Positions 38,453 to 46,655 of a stretch of 64,000 bases of DNA are shown piece after piece; position 1 is the first letter of the stretch, and each line of letters opens with the position of its first letter. The position numbers were made by a program, and so were the translations under genes. This DNA is from Armatimonadota bacterium (GTDB taxonomy: Bacteria > Sysuimicrobiota > Sysuimicrobiia > Sysuimicrobiales > Sysuimicrobiaceae): assembly GCA_025059775.1 (NCBI GenBank), contig JANXCW010000006.1, positions 22,361-86,360 on the forward strand. The letters are read 5' to 3'. The notes beneath the pieces were generated by a model. It had not been told where the DNA came from, ran no database searches, and saw only the letters and a program-made list of their open reading frames with translations.

Positions 38453-39679
38453 CTACCTCCCTGCCGCCGCGGGGTGCAGGAGTCGATCCAGCAGCGGCTG
38501 CATCCTCTCGTGGAAGACGCGATCCCAGGTAAAGCGCTCGAGGATCCTCCGACGCAGTGCACTCTGCGGGTTCTGGGCGAGGTCCCTGAGGATTTCCCGG
38601 GCGATCTCCTCCGGCGAGTCCTGGGGAGGGAAGAACCGCACGTGAGGGCCTGCCACCTCCTGCAGGGCCGGAATCGCGGTGCAGAAGACCGGCACACGCA
38701 TCAGTCCCGCCTCCGCCACCGGGAGCCCGAACCCTTCCTGGACGCTCGTGAGGAGCACCGCATCCGCCATCAGGTAGAGGTCGCCAACCATGCGGGCAGT
38801 ACACCGCACCCCAAGTTCTGCAAGGAACACGCAGTGCGCCCTCAGGCCGAGTGTGTCCCGCAGCGCAGCCAGCTCCCCGAGGTAGCTCCGGTTGGCGGCG
38901 GTGTGGGCTCCGGGAGGTCCCGTGACTACCAGGAGCGGAGCAGCGCCCGCATCCCGGATGGCCGCGGTGATGCGCACCGCGAGTTCCAGGTTCTTGCGCC
39001 GGGTGACCCGTACGGGCGTGAGGAGGACGGGGAACCGATCCGGGATCCGCAGCCGCTCCAGGAGCGTCCGGGTCCGTGGCTGTAGGGGATGCAAGGACTC
39101 CAGGGAAACCCCCGGTGGGATCACCGGTACCTTCTCGGGCTCCACCCCGAGGACTCGGATCAGGAGATCCCGCACCGCCTCGCTGACGGCCACATAGGTG
39201 ATCTCCGGCCGCGGCGTCCGCAGTAGGCTCCAGGGGTATTCCGGCCGCATCCGAGAGGCCACCGCAGGATCCGCCCAGCTGAGGTCGTGAGTCCACGCCA
39301 CCATCCGAGCCCACGGGAAGCGGTCCAGGAGACGGTGCAGGGCCGCGGTGAGGGGGAGGTTTTTATCTAGGGTGAACACGTTGTGCACGAGAAGGAGGCA
39401 GTTCTGAACGTACGCGGTAAGGTCCTGCACGATCCGGTCCCGCACCCGCTCAAAGGGCCGCGGATCTCCCCGCTCCATGGCCCGGTGTGCGGCCTGAATC
39501 TCGGGGTGGCGGCCGTAGAGGAGCGGCAACAGGGTATGCCCTTCCTCCTTTCCCCCCCGACCCGTGAGGATCCGGACCCGGTACCCCGCGGCCCGGAGCA
39601 AGCGGGCTTGCTCCGCGAGCACGCCTTCCACTCCGCCCACCACCGGCGGGGCCGTGTAATGGAGGAGGACGATCTCCAT
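38453..39679 (-). CDS. GT4-family (GT-B) glycosyltransferase
   Basis: N-terminal MEIVLLHYTAPPVVGGVEGV typical of GT4, and a C-terminal EGFGLPVAEAGLMRVPVFCTAIPA motif (E-x7-E region). Confidence 0.75.
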   Translation of the reverse strand: MEIVLLHYTAPPVVGGVEGVLAEQARLLRAAGYRVRILTGRGGKEEGHTLLPLLYGRHPEIQAAHRAMERGDPRPFERVRDRIVQDLTAYVQNCLLLVHNVFTLDKNLPLTAALHRLLDRFPWARMVAWTHDLSWADPAVASRMRPEYPWSLLRTPRPEITYVAVSEAVRDLLIRVLGVEPEKVPVIPPGVSLESLHPLQPRTRTLLERLRIPDRFPVLLTPVRVTRRKNLELAVRITAAIRDAGAAPLLVVTGPPGAHTAANRSYLGELAALRDTLGLRAHCVFLAELGVRCTARMVGDLYLMADAVLLTSVQEGFGLPVAEAGLMRVPVFCTAIPALQEVAGPHVRFFPPQDSPEEIAREILRDLAQNPQSALRRRILERFTWDRVFHERMQPLLDRLLHPAAAGR

Positions 39680-39754
39680 CCCGGATAGAATTCCACCCCC
39701 TGGGGGCAAAATCCCCCGGACTTGCTGAGATCTGCTACAATGAGGGCTAGGCGG

Positions 39755-39829
39755 GCGGGTGTAGCTCAGGGGTAGAGCGTCGGCCCCCCAAGCCGAAGGC
39801 CGCGGGTTCGAATCCCGTCGCCCGCTCCA
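39755..39829 (+). tRNA. tRNA-Gly (anticodon CCC)
   Basis: Hand-folded cloverleaf. Acceptor GCGGGTG/CGCCCGC, D-arm GCTC-AGGGGTA-GAGC, anticodon stem TCGGC/GCCGA with loop CCCCCAA, T-arm GCGGG-TTCGAAT-CCCGT, discriminator T, encoded CCA. TGcTACAAT extended -10 lies 12 nt upstream. Confidence 0.8.
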
Positions 39830-39927
39830 GGCAGGCCTTTCGAGGGCTCCGGATGCTGTCGCCGTCGGGTGGAATTCTTGATTGGATTGGTTTAGAATCG
39901 TCCCGGTGACCCGTCGCGGAGCCGTGG

Positions 39928-40905
39928 ATGCTGGATCAGTACGGACGCCCCATCCAGGATCTGAGGATCTCCCTCACGGACCGCTGTAACCTTCGCTGTG
40001 TGTACTGCATGCCGGAGGAAGGGATCCCGTTCCTCCCCCGGGAAGGCCTGATGCGGGTAGACGAGATCCTCACCCTCACCCGCATCGCGGCGGAGCTGGG
40101 AGTGGTCAAGGTCCGGCTCACGGGCGGGGAGCCTACGGTGCGACCGGATCTTCTGGACATCGTACGGGGGATTGCGGAGATCCCGGGCATCCGGGACGTG
40201 GCCATGACCACGAACGGCGTGCGGCTGCGCAGCCTCGCGGGGCCTCTAGCCCGCGCGGGGCTCCGGAGGGTGAACGTGAGCCTGGATACCCTCAACCCCC
40301 AGACCTTCGCCCGCATCACCCGGGGAGGGCGACTCCGGGACGTCCTGGAAGGCATCCGGGCCGCGGAGGAGGCGGGGCTCCACCCCATCAAGGTGAACAC
40401 GGTGGTGGTGCGATCCTTCAACGACGAGGAGGTCACAGACCTCGCCGCGCTCACCCTGAACCACGCATGGGAGGTCCGGTTCATCGAGGTCATGCCCTTC
40501 GGGGAGGTGGCAGATCTGGCCCTGGCGGGGGTTGTGCCCAGCGAGGAGACCATGGCCCGCATCGAGGCCGCCTTCGGACCGCTCGAACCCCTGGACCTGT
40601 CTGGGGAAGATCCGGCCCGCACCTACCGAATTCCCGGCGCGGCAGGAACCCTCGGGTTCATCAGTCCCGTAAGCCAACCCTTCTGCAGCAAGTGCGGACG
40701 GCTGCGGCTCACGCCGGACGGCAAGCTGCGGCTCTGTCTTTTACGGGACGACGAGGTGGATCTGCTGACTCCCCTGCGCCGCGGCGCCACGTACGAGGAG
40801 CTGCGGGAGATCTTCCGGGCCGCCGCCTACCGCCGTCCCTTCGGCCACGCCCTGGCGGAGCGCATGTACCCCCAGCAGCGGGTCATGACCCAGATCGGGG
40901 GCTGA
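39928..40905 (+). CDS. moaA: GTP 3',8-cyclase (molybdenum cofactor biosynthesis protein A), radical SAM
   Basis: CNLRCVYC radical-SAM cluster motif and a C-terminal CSKCGRLRLTPDGKLRLCL auxiliary cluster. Confidence 0.9.
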   Translation: MLDQYGRPIQDLRISLTDRCNLRCVYCMPEEGIPFLPREGLMRVDEILTLTRIAAELGVVKVRLTGGEPTVRPDLLDIVRGIAEIPGIRDVAMTTNGVRLRSLAGPLARAGLRRVNVSLDTLNPQTFARITRGGRLRDVLEGIRAAEEAGLHPIKVNTVVVRSFNDEEVTDLAALTLNHAWEVRFIEVMPFGEVADLALAGVVPSEETMARIEAAFGPLEPLDLSGEDPARTYRIPGAAGTLGFISPVSQPFCSKCGRLRLTPDGKLRLCLLRDDEVDLLTPLRRGATYEELREIFRAAAYRRPFGHALAERMYPQQRVMTQIGG

Positions 40906-40910
40906 GCTCA

Positions 40911-41048
40911 GGCATCCTCCGGATCCACCCACTCCTCCTCCGGAGGCTCGAAAACGTGCCCGCAGCGAGGACACCGCACCTGCTCGCCTTCTTCTGTGGG
41001 GGTCGTACGGAGGATGGGTGCGCCGCAGTGGGGGCAGGGGATGCGCAC
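40911..41048 (-). CDS. Small zinc-ribbon ORF (about 45 aa: MRIPCPHCGAPI...RCPRCGHVF + acidic tail) directly downstream of sigH
   Basis: Two CxxC pairs. Not in the provided ORF list (below its size cutoff). GTG/TTG start. Sits where rpmG (L33) follows sigH in Bacillus but lacks L33 signatures. Confidence 0.3.
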
Positions 41049-41052
41049 CAAG

Positions 41053-41748
41053 CTAGTCGTCCTGCTCCAGGTTCTTCTCCAGCTTGCGCTTCACCCGCTG
41101 GAGGGCGTTGTCGATGGACTTCACATGCCGCCGCAGTTCCGCGGCCATCTCCTGATAGGACTTGCCCTCCAGGTACGCGGTGAGGACCTGATGCTCCAGC
41201 TCGCTGAGGTTACGCCGGATCCTGTCCCGCATCCGGGCGGAGGTCTCCCGATTGATGACCAGCTCCTCAGGGTCCGCCACCTTCATGCCGCTGATCACGT
41301 CGAGGAGCGTGCGATCCGAGTCCTCGTCGTAGATGGGCTTGTTGAGGGAGATGTAGGAGTTGAGCGGGATGTGCTTCTGGCGGGTTGCGGTTTTGATGGC
41401 GGTGATGATCTGGCGGGTGATGCACAGTTCCGCAAAAGCCCGGAAAGAGCTGAGCTTGTCGCGCCGAAAATCCCGGATGGCCTTGTAAAGCCCAATCATC
41501 CCTTCCTGGATGATATCTTCCCGGTCAGCCCCTACCAGGAAGTAGGCCTTGGCCTTCACGCGGACGAAGTTCCGGTACTTGTTGATCAGGTATTCTGAAG
41601 CCCGATCATCCCCCCGTTTCGCCGCCTCCACCAGATCCTCATCGAGCATCTCCGTATAGCAGGATGAAGTGGCTTCCTTTCGGGCAACCGCCACACGCGC
41701 CTCCACGGATTCGGACTGCTCGAGCGATTGGCTTCGGGCCGCTGTCAT
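41053..41748 (-). CDS. sigH: RNA polymerase sigma factor SigH (sigma-70 family)
   Basis: Near-identical stretches to B. subtilis SigH (YLINKYRNFVRVKAKAYFLVGADREDIIQEGMIGLYKAIRDF...AFAELCITRQIITAIKTATRQKHIPLNSY; HVKSIDNALQRVKRKLEK). Confidence 0.9.
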   Translation of the reverse strand: MTAARSQSLEQSESVEARVAVARKEATSSCYTEMLDEDLVEAAKRGDDRASEYLINKYRNFVRVKAKAYFLVGADREDIIQEGMIGLYKAIRDFRRDKLSSFRAFAELCITRQIITAIKTATRQKHIPLNSYISLNKPIYDEDSDRTLLDVISGMKVADPEELVINRETSARMRDRIRRNLSELEHQVLTAYLEGKSYQEMAAELRRHVKSIDNALQRVKRKLEKNLEQDD

Positions 41749-41772
41749 TATAGGGAGCCTCGATGGGAAGGG

Positions 41773-43134
41773 TCAAGGTGAACGCGGCGCCCGGGCGAGG
41801 GATCGGACGCCCATCTTCACCGTAGCCGGGATGGGGCGGTAGAAGGAGCGGGCCACCACCTCCCGCCGCACCACCCTGCCCCCTTCCCGCACGACGCGCC
41901 AGGTGGTGGCTCGGAAGCCAGGTCTCGGCGGCAGGACCTTCACCACGCCCTCCGGAAGCTCCGGATCCGCCCGCACTACCCATCCCTCGGGCGGGGGAAG
42001 GCGCACCACATCCGTAACGAGGATCTCGACCTGCCGATCGGGGGGCCTGCGGCCGTAAAACCGAACTCGCAGCTCCCCGTTCCGCACCTCCGCCCAAAGT
42101 AGGAGCGGCGGGTCGTCGTTCCGGAAGACCAGGTCCACCGATCCGTAGACCACGGTGGCATCCCGGCCGATGGGGAGGTACCCCACGGGAATGCTGTGGT
42201 TGGTGCGGCTGAGGATGGTGAGCCCTGCCAGGAGGGCCGCGTTGAAGAGGGTGCTGGATACTTGGCAGACGCCGCCACCGTCCCCGGGGACGAACTCGTC
42301 GTTGAGGATCACCGGCGCGGGCCGGAAGCTCCGGGCCGGGGTGCGGGGCCCTACGACCGCATTGAAGGAGAAGACCTCTCCGGTACGCAGCAGGCGGCCC
42401 CGAAGCAGCCGCGCGGTGAGGAGGATGTTGTGGGTGCGATCCGGGTCTGGGGTGATCCGGGTGCGGAACTCCGCCACCACCTCCCGGATCCCCAAAGCCG
42501 CGGCTCCCTCCGTGGTCAGACGCGGCCGGATCACCCGAAGCGGAAGATCCACCACATCCCGGCCCTCGACCACCGCCCGGACCAACCGTTGCCGCGCCGC
42601 GGCCTCGTCCAGGGCAACGCCATCTTGGCTGGGGAGGATCCGAACCCCCTGGTCATCCACCCAGAACCGGGCGTCCCGGGGGGATCTGTAGACCGCGCGC
42701 GCGGCTTCGCGGAGGAAGGCTTCCAGCCGTTCTGGCTGCCTCCGGATCGGGATTCGGAGCACCACGGGCCTGCGCCACAACCGCCAGCGAGCCTGCATCC
42801 GGTCCATGAGGCTGCCGGTGCGCCCCACGGCGTACGCTTCCCGCAGTACAGAGGCAAGGTCGGGGGTGAACCCGAGCTCCTGCGGAGTCCGCCGCCACAT
42901 CCAGATCTGCCCCGGAGGGGAGACACGCACGGAGAGGGGACGGCGGAACCGGGCGTCCGTCCGGTTCCGCAGCAGCATCCTCGCCTCTCCCACGGCCTTC
43001 CCGCCCACGGGCACGTCTTGCACCCACACACCGGGAAGGATGCGGCCCGCGAACTGAAGTTCCTGCGCCGCGTAGGCCACGGGGATGGCCCCCGTGACCG
43101 CGAGCAGGATCACGGCACCCCACCGCGCCCGCAC
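41773..43134 (-). CDS. VanW-family protein
   Basis: VanW signature (GGGVCQVSSTLFNAALLAG) and an N-terminal TM segment. The start is probably the internal GTG, to avoid overlapping rlmB. Confidence 0.65.
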   Translation of the reverse strand: MRARWGAVILLAVTGAIPVAYAAQELQFAGRILPGVWVQDVPVGGKAVGEARMLLRNRTDARFRRPLSVRVSPPGQIWMWRRTPQELGFTPDLASVLREAYAVGRTGSLMDRMQARWRLWRRPVVLRIPIRRQPERLEAFLREAARAVYRSPRDARFWVDDQGVRILPSQDGVALDEAAARQRLVRAVVEGRDVVDLPLRVIRPRLTTEGAAALGIREVVAEFRTRITPDPDRTHNILLTARLLRGRLLRTGEVFSFNAVVGPRTPARSFRPAPVILNDEFVPGDGGGVCQVSSTLFNAALLAGLTILSRTNHSIPVGYLPIGRDATVVYGSVDLVFRNDDPPLLLWAEVRNGELRVRFYGRRPPDRQVEILVTDVVRLPPPEGWVVRADPELPEGVVKVLPPRPGFRATTWRVVREGGRVVRREVVARSFYRPIPATVKMGVRSLARAPRSP

Positions 43135-43141
43135 CGCCCGC

Positions 43142-43939
43142 TCACCCTCTGGCGTTTTCCCCCCGGCAGGGGGCCTGCGGGAGCGCCCCGGCACGCCGCA
43201 GGCTCCGGACCACTTCGTAGAGCAGGATGCCCGCAGCCACCGAAGCGTTCAAGGAGGAGACCCTGCCATACATGGGGATGCACACCAGCCGGTCGCACCG
43301 CTCCCGCACGAGCCGGCTCACGCCCGTGCCCTCCCCTCCGACCACCAGGGCAATGGGTGGACGCAGATCCACCTGGTCGTAGGGATCCCCTTCCAGGTGG
43401 GCGGCCACTACGGAGATTCCCCAGTCTTTACACGCCTCCACCGCCCGCGGGAGATTGGGGACCACGGCCACGGGGAGATATGCCACCGCGCCCGCAGAGG
43501 CCTTTGCCACCGCAGGGGTTAGGCCCACGGATCGGTGCTTGGGGATCACCGCACCATGCGCGCCCGCAGCTTCCGCGGTCCGGAGGATGGCCCCGAGGTT
43601 GCGGGGATCCTGAACGGAGTCCAGGAGGACGAGGAAGGCCTGGCCCTGCGCGCACGCCCGGTCCAAGAGGTCCTCGAGCGCCATGGGGGGCACGACGTGG
43701 GCGAAGGCTATGACTCCCTGGTGCGTGCCTGTCTGAGAGAGGGCGTCCAGGTGGCGGGGATCCACGAACTGCACAGGGATCCCGCGGGACCGGGCTTCCG
43801 CCACGATACGGGCCACGCTCCCGCTGAGGCGGGCGGTACGGGAGATCTGGATCTTCCGGAGCGGCTTTCCCGCCCGCAGGGCCTCCAGAACCGGATTCCG
43901 CCCTTCCAGCTGTACAGCCGCCTTGCCAGCCGACATCAC
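43142..43939 (-). CDS. rlmB: 23S rRNA (guanosine-2'-O)-methyltransferase, SpoU/TrmH family (YacO/RlmB-like)
   Basis: SpoU motifs (LVLLDSVQDPRNLGAILRTAEAAGA; LVVGGEGTGVS; IPMYGRVSSLNASVAAGILLYE). Start overlaps the cysS stop. Confidence 0.85.
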   Translation of the reverse strand: MMSAGKAAVQLEGRNPVLEALRAGKPLRKIQISRTARLSGSVARIVAEARSRGIPVQFVDPRHLDALSQTGTHQGVIAFAHVVPPMALEDLLDRACAQGQAFLVLLDSVQDPRNLGAILRTAEAAGAHGAVIPKHRSVGLTPAVAKASAGAVAYLPVAVVPNLPRAVEACKDWGISVVAAHLEGDPYDQVDLRPPIALVVGGEGTGVSRLVRERCDRLVCIPMYGRVSSLNASVAAGILLYEVVRSLRRAGALPQAPCRGENARG

Positions 43940-45474
43940 TCCTCCGCGCGATCCCGGAGTCGCCAGCGGCTTCCGCCCGGGAAGTCCTCCACCACCACCC
44001 CGATCTCCGCGAGGCGCTGGCGGATCCGGTCTGCCACGGCGAAATCGCGCCGCTCCCTGGCCCGCTGCCGGACCTCCAGGATACGCTCCAGCACCTCCTC
44101 CGCACCCCCTTCCCCATCCACGTCCCGCAGGACCTCCTCCTCCGAGAGGAGCCGTCGCAGATCCTCCCCGAGCCGTTCCAGGGAAACCCGGCCTGCAAGC
44201 CGCAGGCCCAGTACGGAGGCAAGCTCCTGGAGCACGTCCCGTGCGTGCGACAGGGCGTCCGCGGCATCCTCGGGGATGCCCACTTCCGGGAGCCGCTTGC
44301 TCAGTCCGTCCGTGAGTCGGTTGATCTCCGCGGCGAGCGCATGGAGCTCCGCGATGGCCCGAGGGGTATCGAAATCGTCGTCCAGGGCCGCGCGGAAAGC
44401 CTCCCGCGCCCGATCCGCCCGCTCCCGAAGGATCACGGCCGCGGGGGAATCCCGACCGCTCGGCCGCGTACGCCGCAGGACGACCTCCACGGCCTCAAGC
44501 GCATTGCGCAGCCGCAGGGCCCCGCGGTCCGCGGCTTCCACCGCTTGCTCCTTCCACGTGAGGGGGCTGCGGTAGTGGCTGCTCAGGAAGAACAGGCGCA
44601 GCCCGTCCGGGGTGTAGCGCCGCAGGGCCTCCTCGATGGTGACCACATTGCCCAGGTGGCGGGTCATCTTCTCCTCGCTCTCCCCCGGGCGCAGGAGGGC
44701 ATTGTGGAGCCAGTACCGCACGAAGGGCCTGCGGCCCGTATAGGCCTCGCTCTGGGCGATCTCGTTCTCATGATGGGGGAAGATGACGTCCTCTCCGCCA
44801 CCGTGGATGTCGATCTGGGGCCCCAGGTGCTCTAGCACCATCGCGGAGCACTCGATGTGCCATCCGGGCAGTCCCTCTCCCCACGGGCTCGACCAGGAGG
44901 GCTCCCCGGGTTTCGCGCGGGTCCAGAGGGCGAAGTCCATGGGATGCTCCTTCCGGGGATCCACCGCCACCCGGGCACCCGCCAGCATCTCCTCGAGCCG
45001 CCGGCCCGAGAGCCTGCCATACTCCGGAAAGGCCCGGACCCGGTAGTACACGTCCCCGTCCACCACATACGCGAAGCCCCTCTCCAGCAGGCCCTGGATG
45101 ATCTCCAGGATCCTCGGGATGGTCTGGGTGGCGCGGGGGTAGTGGTGGGCCCGAAGCACGTTGAGCCGGTCCATCTCCCGGTGGAACCGCACGATGTACT
45201 CCTCCGCGATCTCCCCGACGGTCCGTCCCTCCTCTCGGGCCCGGGCGATGATACGATCCTCCACATCCGTGAAGTTCTGGACGTGGCGCACGCGGTATCC
45301 AGACCACTCCAGGTGCCGGCGTACTACGTCGAAGAAGACGTAGCTGAGGGCATGTCCCACGTGTGCGGGACCGTAGAGGTTCACCCCGCAGACGTACATG
45401 CGCACCTCCGGAGGGTCCATCGGCTTAAACCGCTCCTTGCGGCGGGTCATGGTGTTGGTCACGTGCAAGGCCAC
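43936..45474 (-). CDS. cysS: Cysteine--tRNA ligase
   Basis: HIGH motif (GPAHVGHA), KMSKS-like motif (KMTRHLGN), and the Zn-binding CGVNLYGP. GTG start with GGAGGAGGG RBS. Confidence 0.9.
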   Translation of the reverse strand: MALHVTNTMTRRKERFKPMDPPEVRMYVCGVNLYGPAHVGHALSYVFFDVVRRHLEWSGYRVRHVQNFTDVEDRIIARAREEGRTVGEIAEEYIVRFHREMDRLNVLRAHHYPRATQTIPRILEIIQGLLERGFAYVVDGDVYYRVRAFPEYGRLSGRRLEEMLAGARVAVDPRKEHPMDFALWTRAKPGEPSWSSPWGEGLPGWHIECSAMVLEHLGPQIDIHGGGEDVIFPHHENEIAQSEAYTGRRPFVRYWLHNALLRPGESEEKMTRHLGNVVTIEEALRRYTPDGLRLFFLSSHYRSPLTWKEQAVEAADRGALRLRNALEAVEVVLRRTRPSGRDSPAAVILRERADRAREAFRAALDDDFDTPRAIAELHALAAEINRLTDGLSKRLPEVGIPEDAADALSHARDVLQELASVLGLRLAGRVSLERLGEDLRRLLSEEEVLRDVDGEGGAEEVLERILEVRQRARERRDFAVADRIRQRLAEIGVVVEDFPGGSRWRLRDRAEE

Positions 45475-45491
45475 GGTTCCCTCCTCCGCGG

Positions 45492-45977
45492 TCAGAGTGG
45501 CTCCAGCAGTACCACCGCGAAAGCCTGGATCCCTTCTCCCTGCCCCACCGCCCCCAGTCCCTCCGCGGTGGTGACCTGAATTCCCACGTCCTCCACCGCT
45601 AGGTCGAGCGCCTCCGCTAGGTGGGCACGCATGCGGGCCACGTACGGCCGGAGCCGGGGGGCCTCCGCCATGATCACCGTAGAGACCTGGGCCACCCGGT
45701 AGTCCCGCGCCTCCACCCACTCCCGAACCTCCTGCAGCAGGTCCAGGCTGCGGGCGTCTCGGTACCGCTCGTCTCCCGGGGGAAAGTGGGTGCCGATGTC
45801 CGGAAGACCCAAAGCTCCTAGGACCGCGTCCATGATGGCGTGCACGAGCACGTCCCCGTCGCTCCACCCCGCCAGCCCCCGCTCGGAGGGGATCTCCACC
45901 CCTCCGAGCACGAGCCGGCGTCCGGCTTCCAGGGGATGTATGTCCACCCCGATCCCTATCCGAATCCCTCGTGCCAC
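45492..45977 (-). CDS. ispF: 2-C-methyl-D-erythritol 2,4-cyclodiphosphate synthase
   Basis: IRIGIGVDIHPL...GHSDGDVLVHAIMDAVLGA motifs. Start assigned to a GTG overlapping the ispD 3' end. Confidence 0.85.
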   Translation of the reverse strand: MARGIRIGIGVDIHPLEAGRRLVLGGVEIPSERGLAGWSDGDVLVHAIMDAVLGALGLPDIGTHFPPGDERYRDARSLDLLQEVREWVEARDYRVAQVSTVIMAEAPRLRPYVARMRAHLAEALDLAVEDVGIQVTTAEGLGAVGQGEGIQAFAVVLLEPL

Positions 45978-46645
45978 CGAAGCAACGCCTCCGCCACCCA
46001 CAGGTCCTCCCGCGTGGTGATCTTCAGGTTTCGGACGCTGCCCGGAACCACGCGGACCGGATACCCGAGGCGCTCCACCAGCACCGCGTCGTCCGTCCCG
46101 TAGAATCCTTCCTGCCGGGCCCGGGCGTGGGCGGCCCGCAGGAGCTCTGCCCGAAAGCCCTGGGGCGTCTGCACGGTCCAGATCTCCGTGCGGTCCACGG
46201 TCTGCTCCACGAGCCCTCCCCGCACGCGTTTGAGGGTGTCGTGTACGGGGAGAGCCGGTACCGCGGCCCCGTACTCCGCCGCGGCCCAGATCACCCGCTC
46301 GATGAGCGCTTCCTCCACAAGCGGCCTTGCCCCGTCGTGCACCAGCACCACCTCGGTGTCCCGCAGCGCCTCCAGGCCCCGGTGGACGGAATCCTGGCGT
46401 TGCGCGCCCCCCGCCACCACCGTGTGTACCTTGGAGAGGCCGCACCGCTGGATCCACGTGCGCATGGCCTCCAAGCCTCCCTCCGGAGCTACCACCACCA
46501 CCTCCGTCACACATGGACAGCGCTGGAAGGGAAGCACGGCCCGGACCGCGAGGGGAAGACCTGCCAGCATCACCAGGGGCTTCGGCTCCTCCATTCCCAG
46601 GCGGTTCCCCCGACCTGCGGCGGCGATGATGGCTCCCACGCGCAC
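45956..46645 (-). CDS. ispD: 2-C-methyl-D-erythritol 4-phosphate cytidylyltransferase
   Basis: MRVGAIIAAAGRGNRLG N-terminal nucleotide-binding motif. Confidence 0.85.
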   Translation of the reverse strand: MRVGAIIAAAGRGNRLGMEEPKPLVMLAGLPLAVRAVLPFQRCPCVTEVVVVAPEGGLEAMRTWIQRCGLSKVHTVVAGGAQRQDSVHRGLEALRDTEVVLVHDGARPLVEEALIERVIWAAAEYGAAVPALPVHDTLKRVRGGLVEQTVDRTEIWTVQTPQGFRAELLRAAHARARQEGFYGTDDAVLVERLGYPVRVVPGSVRNLKITTREDLWVAEALLRWHEGFG

Positions 46646-46655
46646 CGCCCCTCCC

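Noticed and set aside
39830-39927. Possible molybdenum-cofactor (Moco) riboswitch between tRNA-Gly and moaA
   Set aside because: Only about 98 nt are available and I could not recognise the conserved Moco motif helices. It would need a covariance-model scan; not supported by eye.
40911-41048. Calling the small zinc-ribbon ORF downstream of sigH ribosomal protein L33 (rpmG)
   Set aside because: Despite the syntenic position and two CxxC pairs, it lacks the basic character and KNK motif of L33 and has an acidic tail. Kept only as a low-confidence small ORF.
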